Shown: piece after piece, positions 1-13,500 of the stretch
How the letters are laid out: the number at the start of each line of letters is the position of its first letter
How positions within the stretch are numbered: position 1 is the stretch's first letter
Assembly (NCBI GenBank): GCA_040954595.2
Contig: CM082579.2
Location: 8,669,625-8,733,624, forward strand
Origin: Balanoglossus misakiensis
Lineage: Eukaryota > Animalia > Hemichordata
Length of the DNA: 64,000 nt
Direction of reading: 5' to 3'
Made by a program: the position numbers and the translations under genes
Notes under the pieces: model-generated
Databases searched by the model: none
Told to the model about the DNA's origin: nothing
What the model saw: only the letters and a program-made list of their open reading frames with translations

Positions 1-399
1 AAGTAAATGTACCTTTAATTCGGGTCTGCATTCAATTTATTCTGACAAAAATAATTAAGCATGATTTTGACCAAAACAGGCCCAACTAAGAATGGTGTGC
101 TCACTTTCACTGACGCATGGTGGCGATATATCACTATGTGATTGTATTTGTAAATCCACAGTTCGGTGTTTTGAAAACCTCAGTTTAAAATTGTAAAAAT
201 GTGTATCTTCGTGGCCGGGCCATCGTTATGATCACGAAGAAGCACGGTATTATTGGCTTTTTCGGCAAATTACTGCTTGATTTGAATTGTGAGTCGAAAT
301 GACGCCTTGTGCAATTAGACAGGGGGGCAAAGCTTATGCACGTACTTATCATTTGCTGTGCCACCCCTCGAAATCTTCTGTTTACAAGAAATGGTTGAG

Positions 400-463
400 C
401 CCAAAGGACAAAAGCGCGATTCCGTCGTGAGGGCGCTCATCGCCGGCGTCCAAAATGGCGGCC
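400..463 (+). promoter_or_regulatory. CpG-rich proximal promoter/5' UTR of GLYR1 with a YY1-type motif overlapping the start codon
   Basis: CpG-dense stretch ending in CAAAATGGCGGCC (451-463), which matches the YY1 consensus AANATGGCGGC and contains the ATG. Confidence 0.5.
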
Positions 464-3400
464 AAGTTCAACTTGGGTGATCTTGTCTGGTAAGTTACAC
501 GCGATTTTGCACAATTCTGTGCCTCACGTCTCTTGTTTTGTGTGAGAAAACGTTCTTCAGTCCATATTTGTTCCAGTCTGACGGTGTGATTTCCATTTCA
601 GGGCAAAATTGAGCAGTTTTCCGGCTTGGCCTGGCAAGGTAAGATTTACAAACAACAGCACTGCGATGAACACGATCCATGTGTCAAACCACGGTCACGC
701 TGCGCGTGTGTAAAAGTGCACGCTTACAGTGAATTTAATCTGGAATATACTTTAAATCACGTTGGCCGTCAAACGATGCACCAACATGCAATATGTAACC
801 TAACGTGTTAGGAGATTTCAGCTCCCCTCGGCTTGTTACAAACAGAAGGGGTTGGCACTGTTTTTGTGAATGAGTTGGCCTGTATTATGCAGGCTGACGC
901 CTTATTTACACAACAATGGGGTTTACTGGGGTACCTATAAGTGTCCAAAACGACAGTCACAATGACCTCTTTTAAAATCGCCAAACTCTGTTCCCAAGTC
1001 CACACAGCCCCTCCCAGTTGCACCAGGTATGTGCCGTAATTGGGAGGCAGCAACATGGTCGTACACTTAGAAAATGCTGTCAAGCAGTTTCCTGTGAATG
1101 TGCACCAGATCAGTGATGTATGCATGCATGGTGTATGCATCACTAACTGTACATAGCAGTGGGTGTACATAGCTTCTTGTTTCCATCCATCACACGCCTT
1201 CTTATCAGTACTAAGCTCTGCATGGCAGGACTGTGTATTGGTACTGGCTACGCATCCAACCTCAGTCCTGCTGACTCTCATAGACTGAGATATGGTGTTG
1301 CTATTGTCACAGTTTCATGTCGGAAAGACTCCAACTGAAAACATCCGATTGTGAAATTTAATTGTGTGTCGGTCTGCGTTTTCGAGCACGGACTCAACTG
1401 TGCTTGAAAACTTAACAGCAATTGGTATGCAATCATTCTGTTTTCAAATGGAGAACTTTCCAACACAAAACTGTGGTGGACTGGACATATTGGTGTCAGC
1501 AGGGTTGCGATTGGAGGCATAGCAGGTAACAGTACACAACATTGCCATGTGAAGTTAAATGGTACTTCACTACAGAGCTCCATGTACCATTGAAGCCAGC
1601 TGTCACTGTGCGAAAGCTTCCTGATATATCTCTACAGAGTTCAATAGCTGTTAGTCATGTTGTTTTCAAGATAAATCATGAACATATTTTTTATTTCTAA
1701 GGTTGTGCGTCCCATGAAAAATGTGAAGAAACCAGCTGGCAAAAAACCTGTGCACTTTATCTTTTTCTATGGCACTGAAGACCAGTAAGTATCTATGTAG
1801 TGTTGATTTCAATCGGTGCACACATGAAAACAACATGTGTTTATTTCAAAGGCACATGTCGGTTTCTAACTTTGTCGACTCTTGCCAGGGCATTCACCAA
1901 TTTACATGTATTATTTTGCAATGTTCGCTTTACCTCATGGGGGGGAAATTAAAAGTTCACATCTTTTGTTTAAATTTCATACAAATATACAATGTTTTGT
2001 TTATTGTGCTGTTAAATTCTTGGGAATGGATGGTAGCTCTTAGTAAAACAAGAACTGTGCCACGGAGAGAAAAAAGTAAATAATGTAACACTTATTCTAC
2101 TGTCAGATGATCGCCCTTTTGAAGCAGACTTTGATATTTTCTTAATCTCCCATTTCAGTGCCTGGGTCAAAGATGAGAACCTGAAACCCTATCTGGAATT
2201 CCGAGATCAGCTGTCAAAAGTCAAAGGAGTGAGATTCCAACGGGCCATAGAAGCAATTGAAGATGTCGTCAAAAATAGGTCAAAGGTTAGAACTGGGGCG
2301 TTGCCTCTTTGTGAAATTCTATACAGTTTCTACTTCTGTTAAAAGACCAGTCTTAACAATTTACCACTCGAATACACAGCTCCTCAGACCTATGACACTG
2401 TGAGACATGTCTCTTAGCTGGCATGCTTTTCTAGATCATTTGCACATTTAAAATTCTTCTGACATTTTAGCTTGTGAACTTACATAGAACAAAATCTATA
2501 TTTTGCGGAGTACAGCTGGGTCTTCTTTTGAAGTGTGTCATATTTTAAATGTTGCACTCACCCTCCATACATGATAAAATTTCCCATCTTGAATTGGTGC
2601 TCTTCTTGTCAAGAATATTAATCATTTAGTTTGTTCTGCGGCCTGGATAGAAAATTACTAATTGTGCACATTTAATTTACAAAGCAAGGGTCTGTGGTGG
2701 TGTAAATGTGCACTATCGATCAAGGTCAATACCTACTAACACATTCAAATGCCAGGAATATGCAATGAGATACAGTAGATCTCAACTTCCATCGAATGTG
2801 ATACTCTCTCCTCCAGCTTCTTAGATCAAAAACTACACACTCTCACAGATATTGTTCTCGTCTCATCGTACTTTCCTAAAGGTCCTGAATCGACCCCGAG
2901 TACCCCCAGAGGGGCAGGAGGATGATATCTTCCCTCTAGCCAAACCCAAGAAGGATTATTCCAGAGTGCTGGGTAGACCACTGTCCAAAGTAAGCATTAA
3001 TGATGGCATTTTTTGTTAGCAAATATGATCATACAAACTTATAAATAACAATGCGACTTGTGAGAATTTGCAACACATTTTCTGGGCGGATGTGTTATCA
3101 GATATCCCAACCTGTCATTCTCACCAATTCTCACTGTTATCACATCATTCTCAGGATCACTCAGACACAGGCAGCCCTCCACCAGAATCACCGACCACAA
3201 CATCTAGCAGAACCACAACAGTCAAAAGGGTAAGCAAATGTTGAAGACAATCAGTCCTGTGGCTTTAATTTGGGCCCATTGAACACCTCATCAGAAGACT
3301 GAATCTCATGTTGTTCAAGATGGAATGTAGAAAGGAATAATATACATGTAATGTGAATGTGTAATCCTTTGGTAATGTCAAAGGTTACAGCATTCGTGTA

Positions 3401-6400
3401 ACTGCTATGCATGCACCAGTTGGCTGAGTCTGTTAACTGGAGAATTTGACCAATCAGTATCAACCTTATGTGACAGGCACTGTGCAACAGTCTCGTAAAG
3501 TCGTTTTTGATTGGTTACTTCCTTGTCAAGTCACTCTTCAAACAGGTGTTCTGACTACTAAACCATCCCTAAGACAGATTGTGTATCCAGTGGCAATTCA
3601 GATGAATACCCATACCATGTGCTCGAATTCTATAAGCTCTGAGATAAGCCCTTCTGAAACACTACGACACAGTGGCTAGCCAAAAAAGTGATCCATAAAT
3701 TCTGCATTTTAATTTGCAGTAGCCAAGTGAGGTTGTACATGTATCTGACTTTTCAAGGGTGTTTGTGAAGCTACATTGTAACCTTTTCACCAGGCACACG
3801 AATTAGACGACTCATGAAAGCTGACCGTCCAAGCTTCTGCATATGACCCCTGAATGGATAGCCTGTTGCATTCCACAAGAATTTCCACAGACCCCAGTTA
3901 CTGGTCAAGTAATCATAATCGTGCAATGAGTCATTCTCAGTTTCTGTTTCTCGTTTTCTTTTTGTAGGCAGCTGTATCTTCCAGGCGGAGCAGTGGCGGC
4001 AGCAGCAACAGTACGGGGCCGGCCGTCAAGAAACCAAAAACACAGATGAATCACGTCGCAACTCAGGAAACCTCGAACCCAGAGACGCCGCCGCCCGTTT
4101 CGGGGTCGGAAACAACCACAAAAGACAGAATCAGTCCAACCATCGGAAGGTGAGAGTGAAAAAGTGACAGTATTGATAGTAGTTGTTTTGGATAAAATGG
4201 CTTGACGCTAACAGTCACAGTTTTAATATTCCCGAGAATATAATCATGGCATCTATAGGTCTTACATGTATCATGGGTATATCAAGACACATCAAGACAC
4301 AATCTTGTTCCAGGGAATTTATGTACTATATTTTAATTTTGCCATTTTGAATGACCTGAGTGTGATCGAAACAGGGTGTCGCTGTTGTTGGTATTCTTGA
4401 CTTTACTCATCATTGCAAGCTTCTGCACTGGCTTTCTATTCACAGGGTTGGTTTGGTTGGCGTGGGAACAATGGGTCTCGGCATGGCCAGTACTCTCATA
4501 AACTCAGGACACACAGTGACTGTGTGGAATAGAACAGAAGAAAAGGTGAGAGCTTAAAAGAAAGTGTGTGCGTCAGAGCGCTACCAAAGATATAAGGTTG
4601 CTCGCTCTAAATAAAAAGAAAGTTAGTGTTTCTCAAAATATGATGAAACCTGAGTACTTATCATGGTTGTTTCTCTGTAAAAGTGTACACCCACAAAATC
4701 TGACGACAAAATAGTGTGATTAAAAGGGTCAATATCCAGAATTTTTGAAAAAAAAACATTCAGCAGTCTAGCAATCATTTGAGACATCTTTGTGTGTTTT
4801 TTCCGCACAGTGTAGTGACATAGTAGCCCTCGGTGGCACCAAAGCGGTGAGCGCCTCAGAAGTCGTCCAATCATCAGATATCACTTTCTGTAGTGTGTCC
4901 GATCCAGAAGCCCTTCGAGATGTGAGTATATCATGCCCAAGATTTCCTCATCTTGCTAGATTTTTGCCGTGCAGCTGTGGTTTGCGTTGTAAGCTGTTGT
5001 GTCTTATGTTATGTATCCGTGTACCTGTGTGTGATGTTTATTGTTGCAGTCTGTGTGGTTGTCACTCTTAGTTGTCTGGGCACAGTATCGGATGACTTCC
5101 TACTGATCAGCAACAATCGTTGCATTTTAAGACAAGAATGTAAACGCACCCCTTCAATGATAGGATGTAATAATTCTTCAGCTTAGACTTAGAGTTGATG
5201 AAGTCTTAGAATGCAACGTCCACCATGACGTCAAGTCTAGTGCATTGCATCATATTAAGAACTATTAACCTTTTTGTGTTGTGTCTGTTACAGGTCGTGT
5301 TCGGTCTGGGTGGTGTCTTGGAAGGCATCAGACCCGGCAAAGGATTCATCAGCATGTCCACTGTAGATGCTGAGACGAGTCGAGACGTGGCTGAGGTGAT
5401 TAATTAATCAATATTTAACAGTCAAAAGAACCAACAGCTCTCAGATTAGTACATTCACCAAATCACCGTCAACCCCATCTAGTTGTGTACTGGCCCAGTG
5501 ACAACTGAGATGGGACAAAAATTGGAAAATTGATTTAATGTACATGTACATGTATGCATTTCTATAAGTATTGGTGTATGATGATTAATTTTCAGGCTGT
5601 GACAACCAGGGGAGGCAGATATTTGGAGTCGCCGGTTTTGGGAAGCAAGAAACAATCCCAGGATGGCACGTTGATGATACTGTCGGCCGGCGACAAGACG
5701 CTATTTGAAGACTGCGAATCGTGCTTTTCTGCCATGTCAAAGAAATATATTTATTTAGGTCGGTGGCCCCCTCGTCAGTCTGAGATCTCTTTCAGAAGGG
5801 CACTTGTTGCTGCGGATGATATAACACAATGGAAATACAGTCAAACCTGCCTATAGTAGCCAGTCAAGGGACTGTGTTTATCTGGCCTTTATAGACAGGT
5901 GGCCTTTATAGACAGGTCAATAACTGCACTTGTAAAATGCACACATAGATGTGAAAAAAAATTACCACTATAGACAGGTATCCACTATATAGAGGTGGCC
6001 ATTAACACAGGTTTGACTGTTGTTGCTTCTTGTTGTCAAAGCTGTGAATCTCATAAAGGGTGCAGTTTTATATGAATGGTGGTGGACCATCCAAAACTCT
6101 CCAAGTCATCTAACTGTGTGTCTTTGTTTCTGTGCTTACAGGTGAAGTTGGCACAGCCATCCAGATGAAACTGGCCATAAACCTTTTGCTTGGGTCAGTG
6201 ACGGCGTCCATGGCCGAGAGCATGGCTCTGGCCGAACGGGCGGGCTTAGACTGCAGCGTGATGTTCAACATCTTGACAACTGGATTGATTCTGGATCCCT
6301 TGGTTAAAAGCAAAGGAAAAGGTACCAGTTTTGATTGGAATGATACCGGATGAGCTCTTGTCTCTTACTACAGGAGAAATGTTTCCCACTCTGTTTTAGG

Positions 6401-7076
6401 CATATACCATACAATGGAGACTGGTCTGTTATGGAAAGATTCAGTTGATATTTTCAAAATGTGGATGTGTCACTGTTTTCTGAATCTTTATATGTTTCGT
6501 TTGTATCTGTTTTGCAGCCATGCTGAGTGACGATCATCAACTGAATTCTTCTGTGAAAAACATGCAGAAGGACATGAGACTTGTGTTAGCAATGGGCGAC
6601 GAGTACTCCCAGCCGTTACCTGTAGCGGCAGCCGTCAATGAGGTGAGGTCAACCGACATCATGGCAGTGTGTGTACGCACCTGCTGGCGGTTATTATTCA
6701 AATTTGTCCAACAGACACTGGCCAATCATTGTGTCCAAAGAACTTCAAACAGTGGTGGCGCTTTTACTCCGATTATCTTGTCCACCACTCTTAATGGTTT
6801 ATATGCTACATTTTTCATACAATATAGAGATGTGTGTGCAAACGTGCAGGTGTGTGTGCATGCATGCATGTGTGCACATGCACTCAAAAGTGGGTGAGTA
6901 TATCTCTTCCGAGGAGCATCAGAGATTTCACGTCACTCGGCTCAGATATTTTTCATATCCTGGCTAAACTATCCACATTGCAATTTTGTTTTTGTTTTCA
7001 GATGTACAAGAAAACCAAGGCACTTGGTTATGGCGACCAAGACATGTCTACTATCTACAAAGCTTATTCACAATGA
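455..7076 (+). CDS. GLYR1: GLYR1/N-PAC (NP60/NDF) ortholog: PWWP domain plus 3-hydroxyisobutyrate/6-phosphogluconate dehydrogenase-like domain, 14 coding exons, about 500 aa
   Basis: Hand-spliced exons, all GT-AG and phase-consistent (1503 nt): 455-489, 602-638, 1702-1784, 2159-2285, 2882-2989, 3155-3229, 3968-4149, 4446-4545, 4811-4921, 5294-5395, 5596-5758, 6142-6321, 6518-6642, 7002-7076. Translation: MAAKFNLGDLVWAKLSSFPAWPGK...FIFFYGTEDHAWVKDENLKPY (PWWP); RVGLVGVGTMGLGMASTLINSGHTVTVWNRT (Rossmann GxGxxG); GGRYLESPVLGS; QKDMRLVLAMGD; ALGYGDQDMSTIYKAYSQ*. Matches N-PAC architecture as I recall it. Confidence 0.95.
5838..6019. mobile_element. Tc1/mariner-pogo-type MITE in GLYR1 intron 11
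   Basis: Perfect 12-bp TIR CAGTCAAACCTG (5838-5849) / CAGGTTTGACTG (6008-6019), preceded by TA (right flank reads TT). Internal repeated TATAGACAGGT(GGCC) units. Confidence 0.8.
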
Positions 7077-9479
7077 ACACCTATGACCAGGGAATTCTGC
7101 CCTCACTGGTGAAATCAGACAAGGAAAGAAATGGCATATTTTGTCGTGGTAAAGTTAAAAACGCCAGGTGAAGTCTGACAGTGAATAGAGTTACAGTTTC
7201 AAAACTGTGGAGTTTTGTAAAAAAAAGTTATTATTCAAACAACTACAACAGTGTTTGACGTGTTAATTCGATTTGTTACATGTACGTATCGTACATCAGA
7301 TTTCGTAGTTCATCTTTTGTATGGCAAAACAAAGTACATTTTTTTTTATAATCTGATGCGAACTGATTGCCAAAAGTGTATAGGAATCATTCCAAGGTTT
7401 AGGAGATGTTATTTTAGTTGAAATGATTTGTTAGTTTATTGTTACTAGTACATTATATGAAGAAGAAGTATTTTATTGACTTATCGTTGTACATTGTATT
7501 TTCTTTATTGTTCAGTTAGAAAAAAAATGTCTCCTGTTCTACATCATGAAAAAAGTATTTTAAACGCCGACAATTGACATTTTGATGCAGTAAATGTGTT
7601 ATTTTTTCATCAGATTAACTTTGTACAGAAAATTCACTAGGAGTTAGAGATATCACATGTATTATATGATTGTTTCTATCGCCAACACTTATGTGTGTTT
7701 CTCATGTCTTGTGACAGCAAAATTTGTTTTTTGTGTACCTTTTTCTGCTGGTCATATAAGCTTACACAGAGCCTGAAATCTAGGTAAATGGGCATGCAGC
7801 CTAAGTTGGAAACAGTCATCCAGTAACCTCAGTCAGACACTCTTGCAAAACCCACCCCATAATAATCACCTGATATTTCCAGGGTTCATACTTATGTTAA
7901 GTTTTGGAAAAGTCCCGTTACTTTTAAGATTGCATAATCTCAAACAGGACAAAAGGGAATTTCTTGTGTTTTTAGTTTTGACCAGAGTAATATCAATGAG
8001 TTGTTACCCCAACTCTGTCTCTCAGACACCATTTATCACAGTTGTTTGGAACTGAGAGAATAGAATGGTTACCCTCATATAAATTGCTGTTTTATGATAA
8101 ATTTTAATATGGTGGGTAGTGACAAGTGCAGTGGGTTGAATGACCAAAAAGTATGGCTTATGTGATCAGGTAGGTTTGGGGTACTTGTTTGTTGAAATTG
8201 TGCCTGTGTTGTTCAACAAATGAAAATATAGCCAAACATTACAGATACTGGCCTTTTCATGATACGCTTGACCAGTCGAGTCCATAGAAATGATGTTGGG
8301 GCTTTTTTCGCCTCAAGGTTTGAGGCTATGTTATTTTTTAAACTCCTTGAATTGATTTATGTACTTGACAAATACTCAAAAACCTTTTTGTTCATCCTTT
8401 CAAATGAAATGAGACCGACTAATGTTGCTCTTCAACAAAATTTGTATCTGCTTCAATAATCATGAACAAGTTCACAATATTGACTCATTTTCCCCTTTGA
8501 AATCCCTCAATAAAATCTCAGTTAGTGACTATCTGGTGCAGCTTTCTTATACATGCATACAATCCTCGGTGCATTGCATGCATACAGTATACTGCCATCC
8601 TGCAGGCTGCAACCTAAGCTGTCGACATTCGCCTGTGCTATTTATTTAGTCTTTGTTTCACGTATGTAACCGTGCGAAGCAATGTTGGGCAGTTTAGCTG
8701 GCTTGTGCCTCCAGTACTCGGCTGTAATGTGTATAGTACTGTACAGTAGAATTAGTTATGTTCATACAATACAGAACTCAGCTATGACAAATGGTTGCAT
8801 CATTGTGTAGACAAATCAGGTGTGAGCAACTGTCGGCAGTCGATCTACTGGCATTCGTTCCAACCCAATCTCTCCGCATAGGTCCAGCAACTGTGTTAGA
8901 AACATTGGCATCCAACTTATGAAAGTACTGTTGGGACCAATCTGATTGAAAGCAGATGTAGAGTTGGCTCGATTTTTACATTTGCTGGTTTGTTGCTGTT
9001 CTTTTCTCTCGTGTCTGCCTCTGAGAACAGAAGAGCAAAGAACCAGCAAATGATCAGATCGAACCAACTCTACATCTGATTTTAATCAGATTTTGGTCAG
9101 ACACCGTTCTTCTCTGGTGGTTTTTATAGTGGCACTCTGACAGTCATATTGAATTGTAGAATTAGAAGCCATGGACAACTCTGAGATGGGATTTGATTAC
9201 ATGTATTTAAATTTTGCAGTCATTTCTGAGAAGTTTTTTTGTCTTGTAGATCAGTAAAGCGCATCATCTTTCATAGACCATTGATTGTGTCATTGTGGTT
9301 TTGTTACTGTGGATACCAAATAATATGATTAAAACAACGTACAGCTCTTTACTTGCTCAAATTTTACACTTTTGTCGAAGAACGATGCAAAGATTAACAT
9401 GTATCACACATCGGTTAGGGCGTGTTCTGTAAAGTTGAGCTTAGTTTAGGTCTCTTTCCGGTGATTAAACCGATCGATA

Positions 9480-10538
9480 CTGAAATCAAATATACCGCCA
9501 TGTCGATCACTCAACTGGAACATTCCATTTTTGTTTGACCATGGTTTAACACGCCGGACACGTTATGTCAACTTAGAGGCAATGAATTCGCAGGCGTGGT
9601 CGCTTTTATTAGGTAATTTGGAAGATGAAAATTATATATCGTTGATATTCTGGCATTGCGGTAATTTAGGGGGGGGGGGGGGTGAAATAGCATTTTCTGT
9701 GCGTTGGTCCGTGAATGCAAAGTGCAGTGTGGGGGCGCTCCAACTCAGGTCGTCGAGTTTTATCGGGCAGACGAGTACAAATCCTGCATTGGTGAATTGT
9801 TGCATAGTTTACGTGGAACAATCACGGCATTTTAAAGAATATTAAAAGATTTAAAACAAAGTAAGGACGAACAGCTCGCAGCCGACAGAAAAGTTTCATG
9901 AAAGTGACACAAGTCGACCCAAAGTTGTGAAACAATGTAGCAAAATTATCATAATTTATGCAAATATTGAGTTCAACTCTTCACAGTAGTAAAGGTTTCC
10001 CGTAAGCCTAAGAACGTCTCTAATTTTCTCGGGACAATACTTTTGGTTGCAGCTTTTCACACATTTGAACCACAGTCCTGTGGTGGATTTTATCCTGAGT
10101 ATCGTCGACTTAAATTTAAGTGACGGCGAGATCTTCTTATCGGATCCGGGGAATCCTCCTTTCGGTTCGGCTCACGCAGCAAGTAACCATATCGAGTCAT
10201 CGGTTTTTAGTTGGAATGGTCAACTAATCGTGCTCACTCATAGGGGAAATACCCATCGTTTTTGTGTACCTTCTGAGCTGTTTTGGACTGAATTCGGTCG
10301 GAACTTCCCCAATGGACATTGTGGTTAAGTGAACCTACTTAATATTGTGGATATTGACGGATATTTTGCGAAAGTTCGGCGTGGTTTTGGTGACAACTGG
10401 ATGGACTGTGAATTGAAGATGTAAAAAGACCCGTTTGAACCCTTCGTGTGGGGTTCAATAAATCGCGGACTTCTGTACCGAATTATTGATATTCCTCTAC
10501 TTTCCTGGACTGGATTCCCAGCAAGGACGCCTTACAGT
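9480..10538 (+). promoter_or_regulatory. CpG-enriched promoter / long 5' UTR region of the AFF gene
   Basis: CpG density is clearly above the flanking intronic DNA and the region lies directly before the ATG exon at 10539. The TSS cannot be placed from sequence. Confidence 0.5.
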
Positions 10539-10558
10539 ATGTCTTCGTCTACAAAAAA
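10539..10558 (+). CDS. AFF4: AFF coding exon 1 (MSSTK plus first two bases of K)
   Basis: AGTATGTCTTCGTCTACAAAAAA|GTAAGT: perfect donor, phase 2, matching the phase of the exon at 35329; lies at the end of a CpG-rich region. Confidence 0.65.
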
Positions 10559-13500
10559 GTAAGTATCGGGGGAGGGGGATTGATTGCTGCCAGATGCGAC
10601 CCGAAAATAATCACGAATGCACGTTGAGTGCAAATTATTGGGCGCCATGTCTGTGTGGTTGAGGCATGACTGGAAGTCAGCCTAGCGACAGTTGTCACCT
10701 TTGAATTAATTCCTGTGACTACATTAGAAGCTCATGTCATAGTTTACGATTAACCAAGCTTTAACTAAGGTTACTGGCAGGATTCTGGAGACAAACCCAT
10801 GCCTGAAATCTGGGTCTGAGGTCTGTAAGAAGATATGTTCAGAAATCCGACATCGTCATGCCAGAAAATTCCCCATGCCATTGTTTACGTACACGATCGA
10901 GACCCCTCGCCCGCCGTAATGGCCAGCAGAGATAAATAAACGGCTCATTCGTTGGAAGGTTTTCTTCCACTCGTTATCGTATTGAATTCAAACAGTATTT
11001 CTCCCGAACGGAATAGAAATAGCGAACTTTCGACAGCAGCCACAATGGCGTCAGCTACGAAAGGTCGCCATATTGATGATACTTGATAGACTGACATACC
11101 CAGTGCTCATTCATTTCTCCTTGTGTCAGCAGAAAACGCTCCGAATGCGGTTTAAATCGCTCTTCAATTGGCCCATCAGCAATTCCCGAAAATATAGTTG
11201 TGTTTTCAACCGGGGAAATGTATTCAGCCACATTTACTTGTCTTTGGTTTGGGATTTTTTGGGGGACTGGCTTCATTATCTAAGCTCTCACGTATTCTCG
11301 CAATACAAAGGTCAGATGGGTATAGATTGTTTCGTCAAAAAGTGTTGACATGCTTGCAGCCAGTGCAGTACCGCACTTGAATCCGCAACCCTGGCAAGCA
11401 TTTGGTACCTGATAGTTGTTTTTTTGGGGGGAAATGTGGATGTTCTCCCTGCACCTGTTCGGTGTCAGCGTTAAAACAGGCAGCTGTGACAACTACTTGA
11501 AAACTGCACAGAAAGTTATGAAACGGATTACTGTAAAGTGTAATGTACATTTCAGTCTGACATAATTCCATTTCAAATGAGGGCAAGAAGGAAATGGTGA
11601 AAATGTGCAACAGTCCAGAGAATGACCCAGTCTGCATTTGTGAATATGTGAACAAGGAAGTTGGTGTGTGACTGATTGACGTTACAATTTTTTTTGAGGG
11701 GGGGGGGGATAACTCTAACTGAAGGCAATTTAAATGAAACATACATACACACATAATATTCATACAGTATATAGTATACACCAAAGATGGGGTTTGATTG
11801 TATGATGTAAAAAACAACAACAATGGTTGGAGTTCATCTGGAGGGCCAGGGATATTACTAAGTTACATAAATGTATGTTTTTACCAGCTGTATCTAATAG
11901 CAGATGGATTAATTAACTTCATAAATATTTCAATGGAAAACAGAGGCTAAATTGCACCACATTCACCATTCAATGTTAACGAGAACTAATGCGAGAACCA
12001 GGGATTGAAAATTGCCCCTTTAATTGACCGTTATCACACAATTGTCAAATTAAACTCAATGAAGAAGAGAGAACCCAGAGGAAATATTAATTTATTGATT
12101 ACATTGTATATTATATACAGTGTAGTTTCTCAATTAACATCAACTGCCTCAGTTGATAAAAGATCACTGCATGGTACTTTGGCACAAGTATATAGTGTCC
12201 AATTTGGTAGTTATAGTTGGGGAAGCAGAAACAAATGATAGCCCATTATCCAGAGTTATTAACAGTAGAGATTTCTCTCTGTATTTATGATGTGCACATT
12301 TGAAGTTCCTCGGAAATTAAATGAAATAGAGTCTGTGGTACTTGTTGCTTTTGGCACAGTTGCACTTACATTGGCAGGACGAGGTCATGCAAATGTGTTG
12401 CAGCTGGTTTGTCAAAAGCAATGCGTCTCACAACCCTCTAGCAACCATGGTCCTCCCACATACTGTTATTAGTTCAGACTGAGATGCACGGAAATGGCGA
12501 GAGGGGTTCAGTGGATAAGAATTATGTGTAGATTAAGTTGTGGATTGTAAATCAGAAAAAAAAACATGCACAATTTTTAGTTGGGTATTTCATAGACCAA
12601 TATGGTGTCTATAAATGAGCAATGTTCTCCCATAGACGCCATTTTGTTCTGGGAAACCCTTCACTGAAATGATGCCTCAGAAACTGGCTTAGAAGCATCT
12701 GGCTGAAGCAGACAGTCTGCATAATTCAAGAATCCAGCTGTTGCATGCATACAAACACAGGTCAAGCTAAAGCAAGCCCTTCCACACTTGTTAAGTCACA
12801 CTGCATAAATTTCATTTCTAGTGTGTGAGTGGTATTATTAGAGACAACACAACACAACAAGACCAGATGAAGGCATGTCACCCAGTATATCAGTTTATGT
12901 GTAACCCTTTCCACCCCCATTTACCGTATTTATCGGTTCAACCAGACCACATGAAAACAATTGGGTAAGACCACAGGGTTGGTGGTACAGGATAAAGGAC
13001 GCTTTTGTGTTGCATCCCACTTATTAAATGTTTGCAAACTCAGAACTGCGAGTTTTGCAGTCTGTGGTTAAACCCTTTCACCACCATGGTTCAGTCCAAA
13101 CCCGTTGTTTTCTATGGTAAGGTTGGACCTCTAAAGAGGAAACTGGGGGTGAAAATGTTAATGCCTTCTGTAACGTGTGTCATGTGATCGACATGTAAAT
13201 GATCTTCTCAATGTGTTTTGGGGGAGATTCAAAATATAAAAGTAATGCAAGGGAGTGGAACTGTAAAGTTTTCAACTGTGTCTGAACTGGACGAACCCAA
13301 GTCCAACAGTTAGCAAACTTGGCACTTCATCGTCGCATCTAATAAGCGTACAACTTACAAGTACATGTGCATCAACATTAGCACAGGCTACATTAACAAC
13401 AGAACAAGCTTCATGACGTATGATGGCAATTAGGTAACATTGGGCCAACCCATTGCTAATCCAGTGTCAGCAAATTGGAAAAGAACACTTTGGCAAACGG

